A stretch of DNA of 64,000 bases from positions 6,656,001 through 6,720,000 of the forward strand of contig CBDETY010000003.1 in the NCBI GenBank assembly GCA_965243025.1, read 5' to 3'. The number at the start of each line of letters is the position of its first letter. Position 1 is the first letter of the stretch. A model generated the notes under the pieces. The model did not search any database and was not told where the DNA came from. It worked only from the letters and a program-made list of their open reading frames with translations. Position numbers and translations under genes: made by a program. This DNA comes from Candidatus Latescibacterota bacterium. Lineage in GTDB: Bacteria > Latescibacterota > UBA2968 > UBA8231. Below, piece by piece: positions 23,703-30,911 of the stretch.

Positions 23703-23731
23703 AATTTAGTCTCGGCTAAATTTAAAGTCAA
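23703..23731 (-). promoter_or_regulatory. tro operon sigma70 promoter with overlapping DtxR/MntR-type operator
   Basis: Minus strand TTGACT (23731-23726)-N17-TAAATT (23708-23703). Perfect inverted repeat AATTTAG-N6-CTAAATT at 23703-23722 covers the -10 element. Confidence 0.72.
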
Positions 23732-23910
23732 TGACCAGCTAGTGATTTCCCGATCCTCGAGACGGATCGCGGAATCCGGTCGCCCGGCCGGGTCCGGGGG
23801 GGGCCGCAGAGGGCTCTCTCCCGTGCCGGAATCCGGCGCCGCCCCTATCTTGCGAGACCGGTACCGCAAGGAGAAGCCGGCCGCAGAGGCCGTTACGTGG
23901 AGATGAGAGG

Positions 23911-24801
23911 ATGAACCGACTGTACGCGATCGCCGCAGCCCTGGCGGCCATGTCGCCCGCTGCCGCGCAGGATTTCTACGCGCACTGGGGGGACGGACGC
24001 GCCGAGCTCTCGAGCTACCGCATCGAGCAGCCCCGCTACGGAGAGTCGAGAGAGGCGTACGGGGTCATGATCTTCGTCACCGAAGACCTGAACGCCGGCA
24101 CCGGGATCAAGGTGGAGTCGCCGGCGCCGGCGGCCGACCGCGTCTACGTCCTCAAGCTCAACAACGTGCTGAAGTTCACGACCGGTATCTACGACTACTC
24201 GGTGATGACGTCGGTGTTCAGCGCCGTGGAGCCGCGTACCGGCACGGAACCGTTCGAGCCGTGGAAGGTCAGCATGAGCTCGCAGGAGTGGTGCGGGCAC
24301 GTGTTCGAGGAGGTGCGCGTCGGCGCCGATTCCCTGCGGGGGGACCTCAACAGCTACTTCGAGCGCGACGGCAGACAGCGGTGGAACATGGAAACCCCGG
24401 CGGCTTTCGAAAGCGAGGACAACCTGCTGATCCGCGTCCGCGAGCTGAAGGGGGAGTGGATGAAAACGGGGGAAGCGCGCCAGCTCGGCCTGCTTCCGGG
24501 CCTGTGGAAGATCCGCGCCGGCGAAGCGCCGCGAAAGCTGGTGCACGCCACCCTGACCAAGGGGGCCGTCGAAGAGATCGAGGCCGGCGGGGTCAGCGCC
24601 GCCGCGGTGCGCTGGACCTGGGGGTACGGCCACGGACAGACCGTGGTCTGGGTCGAGCAGGCCTCCCCCCGGCGCATTCTGGCGTGGCGGGACTCGGGCG
24701 GCAGCTCCGGGCAGCTGCTGCGCACCCTCCGCGTCCCCTACTGGGAGCTGCAGGCCAACGGCGAGGAGACCTACCGCGAGCAGCTGGGGATTCCCAACTG
24801 A
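23911..24801 (+). CDS. conserved hypothetical secreted protein
   Basis: Signal peptide (AAALAAMSPAAAQ); motifs WGDGRAELSSY, RYGE, IFVTED, VLKLN, FTTGIYDYSVMTSVF and SSQEWCGH; GAGG RBS. Confidence 0.7.
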   Translation: MNRLYAIAAALAAMSPAAAQDFYAHWGDGRAELSSYRIEQPRYGESREAYGVMIFVTEDLNAGTGIKVESPAPAADRVYVLKLNNVLKFTTGIYDYSVMTSVFSAVEPRTGTEPFEPWKVSMSSQEWCGHVFEEVRVGADSLRGDLNSYFERDGRQRWNMETPAAFESEDNLLIRVRELKGEWMKTGEARQLGLLPGLWKIRAGEAPRKLVHATLTKGAVEEIEAGGVSAAAVRWTWGYGHGQTVVWVEQASPRRILAWRDSGGSSGQLLRTLRVPYWELQANGEETYREQLGIPN

Positions 24802-24899
24802 CCCCCCGTCTGCCCGGCCCCGATCCGATTGCCCCCCGCGGCCCCATGGGATAGGTTGAAGGCCCTGACCCTCATCCCGACAGACGGAGCCGCAATTTC

Positions 24900-25670
24900 A
24901 TGGCCGAAACGCCCGCCCGCGACCTGCTCGAGAAGCTCCGCAGGTTCGACACCCCCTCGATTACCAACGTCGTCGCCACCTACCCGAACAACCCGCTCTG
25001 CCTCGGCCTCTACCATCCCTGGACCGAGAACTGGTACACCGACCAGCGCGTCCGCTGCATGTTTCCCGAGCTGGGAGCCGTCGCCGGGTACGCGGTGACC
25101 TGCGTCTTCGGCATGCCCGACCCCAGCTTCAACCGCCTGTCCTTCATGGACGTGCTCGAGGCCATGGAGGCTTCGCCGCAACCGACGATTCTCGCCTTCG
25201 AGCAGAAATTCCCGCGCCGGCTCGCCGGCAAGGTGGGGTTGGCCGGGGGCAACATGGTTACGGCGATGAAGGCGGTCGGCTGCGTCGGCGCGGTTTCCAA
25301 CGGCCCCTCCCGCGACGTCGAGGAGATCCGGCCGATGAAGTTCCAGTACCTGCTGAGCGGGGTCACCCCCGGCCACGGGGAGATGCAGCTCCACGCCGTC
25401 AACGTGCCGGTGTCGATCTCGGGGATGGACGTCAGCCCGGGGGAGATAATCCACATGGACGAGCACGGGGCCTGCAAGTTCCCCGCCGGGCACGTGCGGG
25501 CGGTGCACGACAACGTCGCCGCCCTGCTGGCTCAGGAAGCCGAGCAGCAGGCGCGGATGCGGAAGGCGACGTCCGCGGCCGAGCTGCGCGCCATTTTCCA
25601 GGGTCACGCCTACGGCGACCAGGACAAGGCCGGGAAGCGCAAAGCCGCCAAAAAGAAAAAGAAGAAGTAG
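24900..25670 (+). CDS. RraA-family / HMG-aldolase-like protein
   Basis: Motifs FDTPSITN, GYAVT, GCVGAVSNGPSRDV, VSPGEIIHMDEHG; poly-Lys C-terminal tail. Confidence 0.8.
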   Translation: MAETPARDLLEKLRRFDTPSITNVVATYPNNPLCLGLYHPWTENWYTDQRVRCMFPELGAVAGYAVTCVFGMPDPSFNRLSFMDVLEAMEASPQPTILAFEQKFPRRLAGKVGLAGGNMVTAMKAVGCVGAVSNGPSRDVEEIRPMKFQYLLSGVTPGHGEMQLHAVNVPVSISGMDVSPGEIIHMDEHGACKFPAGHVRAVHDNVAALLAQEAEQQARMRKATSAAELRAIFQGHAYGDQDKAGKRKAAKKKKKK

Positions 25671-25691
25671 CTGGCCCCCCGGCCCCCCGCC

Positions 25692-26531
25692 ATGACGGAA
25701 AGGGAGCTCATCACCCGCTCCTACGACGACGGGGCGCAGCGGGAGTACGGGCGCTTGCTGCAGTCCCCCCTGCAGGAAGCGGAGTGGGAGCTGACGGTCG
25801 AGCTGATCGACGAGTACGTCGCCGAGGGGTCGGCGGTCGTCGACATAGGAGCCGGACCGGGGCGTTACTCCGAGCACCTGCTGAAGCGCAGGGGGTGCGA
25901 GGTCGGCCTGGTCGATCTGTCCGAGAGCTGCCTGGCCCTGTTCAACAGCCGCGTCGGCGAAGCCCACCGCGGCCGCGTCCGGTTCACCTGGAAATCCTGC
26001 GCCACCGACCTGAGCTGGATCCCGGGGGAGCAGTTCGACGCCGCCCTGCTGATGGGGCCCCTCTACCACCTGCTCGAGGAAGGGGAACGGCGCCGGGCGA
26101 TCGCCGAAGCCGTCCGCGTCCTCAAGCCGGGCGGAATCGCCGTCGCTTCGTTCATCAGCCGCTACCCGGTTTTTTCGCGCATCCTCACGCACGACCCCTC
26201 CCGGATGCACGACCAGACCTTCCTCGAGGACCTGTTCGAACGCGGGCTGGTCCGGGCGCGGCACGGAATCACCTCGATGACCGACCACTTCCGCTGCTGG
26301 CCGCAGGAGGCGAAGGGGATGATGGAAGCCGGCGGCTTCGAGACCCTGCGCATGCGCAACCTCGAAGGGGTCGGGGCTTTCTTCCAGGCCCGACAGGAGA
26401 AGGTGCTGGCGGAACAGCGGGACAAGAAGGCCTGGTTCGACATCCTGCGCAGGACCTGCGAGCTCCCCGACCTCCTGGGGGCCACACTGCATTTCCTTTA
26501 CGTCGGCAGAAAGATCCGGGGCGATGCCTGA
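25692..26531 (+). CDS. class I SAM-dependent methyltransferase
   Basis: Motifs VVDIGAGPGRYS, FDAALLMGPLYHL and VLKPGG. Confidence 0.88.
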   Translation: MTERELITRSYDDGAQREYGRLLQSPLQEAEWELTVELIDEYVAEGSAVVDIGAGPGRYSEHLLKRRGCEVGLVDLSESCLALFNSRVGEAHRGRVRFTWKSCATDLSWIPGEQFDAALLMGPLYHLLEEGERRRAIAEAVRVLKPGGIAVASFISRYPVFSRILTHDPSRMHDQTFLEDLFERGLVRARHGITSMTDHFRCWPQEAKGMMEAGGFETLRMRNLEGVGAFFQARQEKVLAEQRDKKAWFDILRRTCELPDLLGATLHFLYVGRKIRGDA

Positions 26532-27429
26532 GCTGCCCGACGTCGCCCTCTACATCGACGCCCTCGGCCGCGAGATCGGGGGCCGGACCATCGACCGGAC
26601 GGAGCTGCGGAGCCCCTTCTTCGTGCGTTCCTTCGACCCGGGGCTCGAGGCGGCACACGGCAGGGAGGTGCGCGGGTTCCGCCGCATCGGCAAGAGGATC
26701 GTCTGGGAGCTCGAGGGGAAGCTGTTTCTCGTCTTCCACCTGATGATCGCCGGCCGCTACCACTGGAGGAAGCCCGGCTCGAAGCCGAGGGGCAGGATCG
26801 ACCTGGCGGCGTTCCATTTCGACAAGGGGGTCCTGATGGTTACCGAGGCGGGATCGAAGAAGCGGGCCTCCCTGCACCTCGTTCAGGGGGAGGCGGGCCT
26901 TGCCGATCACGACCCGGGCGGGCTCGAGGTGCTCGACGCCGGCGAGGAGGAGTTCCGGCAGGCGCTGCTGTGCGAGAACCACACCCTCAAACGCTCACTC
27001 ACCGATCCCCGCCTGTTCAGCGGCATAGGCAACGCCTACTCCGACGAAATCCTGCACGCGGCCCGCCTCTCTCCCGTCAAGTGGACGAGCCGGCTGACCG
27101 GGGAGGAGATCGCGCGTCTCCACGAGGCGGCGCGCTCGGTCCTGGCGCTGTGGGTCGAGCGGCTGCGCGGCGAATGCCGGGAGGGCTTTCCCGGGAAGGT
27201 CACCGCCTTCCGCCCGGGGATGGCGGCCCACGGCCGCTACGGGGAGCCCTGCCCGGTCTGCGGGACCCGGATTCAGCGCATCGAGTACGCCGCCAACGAG
27301 ACCAACTACTGCCCGCGCTGCCAGACCGGGGGGAAGATCCTCGCCGACCGTCAGCTGTCGAAGCTGCTGAAGGAGGACTGGCCGGGAACCATCGACGAAC
27401 TCGAGGGCCGCAGGGGGTTCGGGGTCTGA
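26524..27429 (+). CDS. Fpg/Nei-family DNA glycosylase/AP lyase
   Basis: N-terminal MPELPDV, HLMIAG, H2TH motif SGIGNAYSDEILH, zinc finger CPVC...YCPRCQ. Confidence 0.9.
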   Translation: MPELPDVALYIDALGREIGGRTIDRTELRSPFFVRSFDPGLEAAHGREVRGFRRIGKRIVWELEGKLFLVFHLMIAGRYHWRKPGSKPRGRIDLAAFHFDKGVLMVTEAGSKKRASLHLVQGEAGLADHDPGGLEVLDAGEEEFRQALLCENHTLKRSLTDPRLFSGIGNAYSDEILHAARLSPVKWTSRLTGEEIARLHEAARSVLALWVERLRGECREGFPGKVTAFRPGMAAHGRYGEPCPVCGTRIQRIEYAANETNYCPRCQTGGKILADRQLSKLLKEDWPGTIDELEGRRGFGV

Positions 27430-27543
27430 CCCGCGGGCGCATAACCGCCGGTTCCGGCGATTGCCACCGACCCCGGAGCGCATTAATTTTCAACGCCTTA
27501 CGTCAATATTTACAGGAATTTCCCAACCTCCCCCGAAACAGTA

Positions 27544-28656
27544 ATGATCGACTCTCGAGGATACCGGATCGCCGATCCCGACGGCATCGAAACGCCCGCC
27601 ATGGTCCTGTTCGAGGCCATGGTGGACCACAACATAGCGGCGATGGCGGAAGAGGCGGGCGAGGCCGCGCGCCTGATGCCGCACGTAAAGACCCACAAGT
27701 CCCAGGCGGTGGTTCGCAAGCAGCTCGAGTCCGGGGTCAGCGGTTTCAAGTGCGCGACCCTCAGGGAGCTGCAGATGGTGCTCGAGGCCGGCGCCGGGGA
27801 GGCGATCCTGTCGTACCCCCTGGTGCAGCGTTCCAAGGTCGGGCGCCTCGCGGACCTGGCCGCCGCACATCCGGGCGCCCTCGTCCACGCCATAGTCAGC
27901 AGCGATTGCCACGTCGATGTCCTCGCCTCGGTGGGGCGGGAGAGATCCTGGACCCTGCACGCCATGCTCGACCTCGACGCCGGCCAGCACCGGACCGGGG
28001 TGGCCTTCGGGGAGCCGGCGATGGCCCTGTACCGGCGACTGGCGCGCGAAGACCACCTCGAGGCGAGCGGCCTTCACATCTACGACGGGCACGAGCACTT
28101 CAGCGACCGCACCCTGCGGGAAGCGGCGGCCAACCGCCACATCGGGGAGGCGAGAAAGCTCACCGCAGCCCTCGAGGCCGAGGGGATGGAGGCGGGCCGC
28201 ATCGTCGGCGGCAGCACCTTCTCCTATCCGTTCTACGCCCGCGCCGAAGGGATGCTCGGTTCCCCGGGGGCCTGCATCTACTGGGACGCCGGGTACCAGT
28301 CCGGGATGCCGGACACCCCCTTCCGGTTCGCCGCCCTGGTGCTGACCCAGGTCGTCGACCGCCACCCCGACCAGAAGACCTTCACGACCGATCTCGGGTA
28401 CAAGGCGATCGCCGGCGATCCGCCGCTGTCGAGGAGGGCCAGCCTGCTCGGAACGGGGGGCGCCAACCTGGCGAAGCAGAACGAGGAGCACGGCGTCTTC
28501 GCCTGCGACGGAGACATTCCAGGCATAGGGACCTACCTGCTCGCCGTTCCAGGGCACGTCTGCCCGACGACGGTCCGCTATCCGGGCAGCTACGTTATCG
28601 GCGGCGAGGGGCAGGTCGTCGACTACTACCCGCACTCCGCCCGCGACCGTTCCTAG
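27544..28656 (+). CDS. D-threonine aldolase/DSD1-family PLP-dependent enzyme
   Basis: Motifs ETPA, PHVKTHKS (PLP Lys), HRTG, HIYDGH, DLGYKA, NEEHG and PGHVCPT. Confidence 0.85.
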   Translation: MIDSRGYRIADPDGIETPAMVLFEAMVDHNIAAMAEEAGEAARLMPHVKTHKSQAVVRKQLESGVSGFKCATLRELQMVLEAGAGEAILSYPLVQRSKVGRLADLAAAHPGALVHAIVSSDCHVDVLASVGRERSWTLHAMLDLDAGQHRTGVAFGEPAMALYRRLAREDHLEASGLHIYDGHEHFSDRTLREAAANRHIGEARKLTAALEAEGMEAGRIVGGSTFSYPFYARAEGMLGSPGACIYWDAGYQSGMPDTPFRFAALVLTQVVDRHPDQKTFTTDLGYKAIAGDPPLSRRASLLGTGGANLAKQNEEHGVFACDGDIPGIGTYLLAVPGHVCPTTVRYPGSYVIGGEGQVVDYYPHSARDRS

Positions 28657-28820
28657 TGCCCCGTCGCAGAAATATCTCGACATTGGGATGCCGATCCATC
28701 CCGGCTCACGGCGTTGCCTTCGCTCGCCGTACACCCTCGGTACGACTCGCTCAGGCGCCTTGTGAGCCGGGCGCCTCGGCATCCCAATTTTGTCAATCTA
28801 TCTCTGCGACGGGACACTAG
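28653..28820. mobile_element. non-autonomous MITE/REP-like element (160 bp) flanked by CTAG direct repeats
   Basis: CTAG at 28653-28656 and 28817-28820. Terminal inverted repeats TGCCCCGTCGCAGAAATA / TATCTCTGCGACGGGACA (16/18 match). Nested internal IRs TTGGGATGCCGA/TCGGCATCCCAA, CCCGGCTCAC/GTGAGCCGGG and CGTAC/GTACG. Confidence 0.75.
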
Positions 28821-28844
28821 CCAAGCTCGGTCGAGCCCCGCCCC

Positions 28845-29531
28845 ATGAAGCCGCAGCCGCGCTCACCCTTCTCGGTGAACTGGCTGGTCCACAGCATCAA
28901 CCGGCGCTGCGTCGAGGACGCGGTCGGCCGGTGCGCCCGGGGCCGCATCCTCGACGTCGGCTGCGGCGAGCAGCCGTTCGCCCCCCTGCTGGCCGACGCG
29001 GGGGAGGCACTGACCCACCTCGAGTTCGACCGCGGCCGCTTCGCCGCCACCCCTCCGGACGTTTGGGGGGACGCCCTCGCCCTGCCGTTCCGCGGGGGGA
29101 GCTTCCAGACCGTCGTCTCCTTCCAGGTCCTCGAACACGTGCCGCGTCCGGCGCTGATGGTCGAGGAGATGGCGCGGGTGCTGGCCCCGGGCGGCCGCCT
29201 GATCCTCACCGCCCCCCACATGTGGGGAGTCCACGAGGAGCCCCGGGACTACTTCCGCTTCACCGGCTTCGGCCTGCGCCAGCTCGCCGGGGACGCCGGC
29301 CTCGAGGTGGCTGACGTGAAGGCCATGGCGGGCTACTGGGTCACCGCGGCAGCGCGCGCCTGCCAGTACCTGCAGCAGTTCGAGAAGATCGGTCTCTTCT
29401 GGGTGACGCGGCCGCTCTACGCGCTGATCCAGCTCGCCGGCCTCCTCCTCGACAGGCTCCACCGCGTCGAGGGGGACGCGTGGAACTTCCTGCTGATCGC
29501 CGAGCGTCCGGCACGGGGAGGGACGGCGTGA
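28845..29531 (+). CDS. class I SAM-dependent methyltransferase (Methyltransf_11 type)
   Basis: Motifs ILDVGCG, QVLEHV, RVLAPGG and HEEPRDYFRFT. Confidence 0.85.
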   Translation: MKPQPRSPFSVNWLVHSINRRCVEDAVGRCARGRILDVGCGEQPFAPLLADAGEALTHLEFDRGRFAATPPDVWGDALALPFRGGSFQTVVSFQVLEHVPRPALMVEEMARVLAPGGRLILTAPHMWGVHEEPRDYFRFTGFGLRQLAGDAGLEVADVKAMAGYWVTAAARACQYLQQFEKIGLFWVTRPLYALIQLAGLLLDRLHRVEGDAWNFLLIAERPARGGTA

Positions 29532-29630
29532 CAGCTGTCCGGGCGCGGCCTCTGTTCGACACCGGCGACAGCCGCCTGACCGCGGCGGCGCGCTCCGGGG
29601 CGGACCCCGCCCCGGCACCCGGATCAGCGC

Positions 29631-30803
29631 ATGCAGCTTCTTGAGGAGATCGCGGCCAAGCCAAGCCGCCTCGTCGTCGGGCTGATGACGGGGACCTCGG
29701 CCGACGGCGTCGACGCCGTGCTGGCGAGGATCTCCGGGTCCGGGTCCGCCACCCGGTTCGAGCTGCTCGCCCACGCCACCAGAGACATTCCGCCCGCCCT
29801 GCGGGAGGGGCTGTTCGACCTCTTCAAGCCGGACGCCGCCGTCGACGACCTGACCGGACTGAACTTCGAGCTCGGCGAGACGCTCGCCGCCGCCGCTCTC
29901 GAGGTGATCGGCAAGGGAGGCGCCGGCCCCGGGGAGGTCGACCTGGTCGGCTCCCACGGGCAGACGGTGCGCCATTTCCCCCGGGACGGCACCCCCTCGA
30001 CCCTGCAGATCGGGGAGCCCGCGGTGATCGCCCAGCGCACCGGAATCACCACGGTGGCCGACTTCCGGCCCGCCGACGTCGCCCTCGGCGGCCAGGGGGC
30101 GCCGCTGGTGCCGCTGGTCGACCTGCTGCTGTTCGGCCATCCCGGGCGGGGGCGCCTGATGCTGAACATCGGCGGCATCGCCAACGTCACCGTGCTGCCC
30201 CCCGGGGCCGGACCGGACGACGTCGCCGCCTTCGATCTGGGTCCCGGCAACATGCTCGTCGACGCCGCCGTCTCGTTCCTGACCGGGGGCAGCGAGCGCT
30301 TCGACCGCGACGGCCGCCGCGCCGCGGCGGGAGCTGTCGACGAGGAGTGGCTGGGGCGCCTGCTCGAGCACGAGTTCCTGCACCGGCCGCCGCCCAAATC
30401 GACGGGCAGGGAGGAGTTCGGCGCCGAGTACCTGTTCGAGGTGATGGCCTCCAGCGGGCTCGCCGGGGACGCCCTGATCGCCACCCTGACGGCGTTCACC
30501 GCAGGCGCCGTCGTTCAGGGCATCGGCCGCTTCGCCCTCGCCGGCGGCGGGATGGAGGAGTTATGGGTCAGCGGCGGCGGCGTGCACAACCGGTGCCTGA
30601 TGGAGCAGATCGCCCGCGGCCTCCCCGAGCTGCGCGTCGCGCCTACCGACGAGATAGGGGTGCCCGCCGACGCCAAGGAGGCCCTGGCCTTTGCCGTGCT
30701 CGCCAACGAGACCCTGGCCGGCAACAGCGGCAACCTGCCGGCGGCCACCGGGGCGGAACGGGCGGCGGTGCTGGGGAAAATCTGCCCGGGCCGGAAGGGA
30801 TGA
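29631..30803 (+). CDS. anmK: anhydro-N-acetylmuramic acid kinase
   Basis: Motifs GLMTGTSADGVD, GSHGQT, DFRPADVALGGQGAPLVP, NIGGIAN, DLGPGN, PPKSTGRE and KEALAFA. Confidence 0.95.
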   Translation: MQLLEEIAAKPSRLVVGLMTGTSADGVDAVLARISGSGSATRFELLAHATRDIPPALREGLFDLFKPDAAVDDLTGLNFELGETLAAAALEVIGKGGAGPGEVDLVGSHGQTVRHFPRDGTPSTLQIGEPAVIAQRTGITTVADFRPADVALGGQGAPLVPLVDLLLFGHPGRGRLMLNIGGIANVTVLPPGAGPDDVAAFDLGPGNMLVDAAVSFLTGGSERFDRDGRRAAAGAVDEEWLGRLLEHEFLHRPPPKSTGREEFGAEYLFEVMASSGLAGDALIATLTAFTAGAVVQGIGRFALAGGGMEELWVSGGGVHNRCLMEQIARGLPELRVAPTDEIGVPADAKEALAFAVLANETLAGNSGNLPAATGAERAAVLGKICPGRKG

Positions 30804-30911
30804 AGGCTCCCTGCTGCAAGCCGGCGGCCGGGCCGCGGAAACGGGCGCGCAGGCAAACTTCGATTCAAAAACTTTCACCATTCACTCAGGACAAAACGGG
30901 ACCACGGAACC

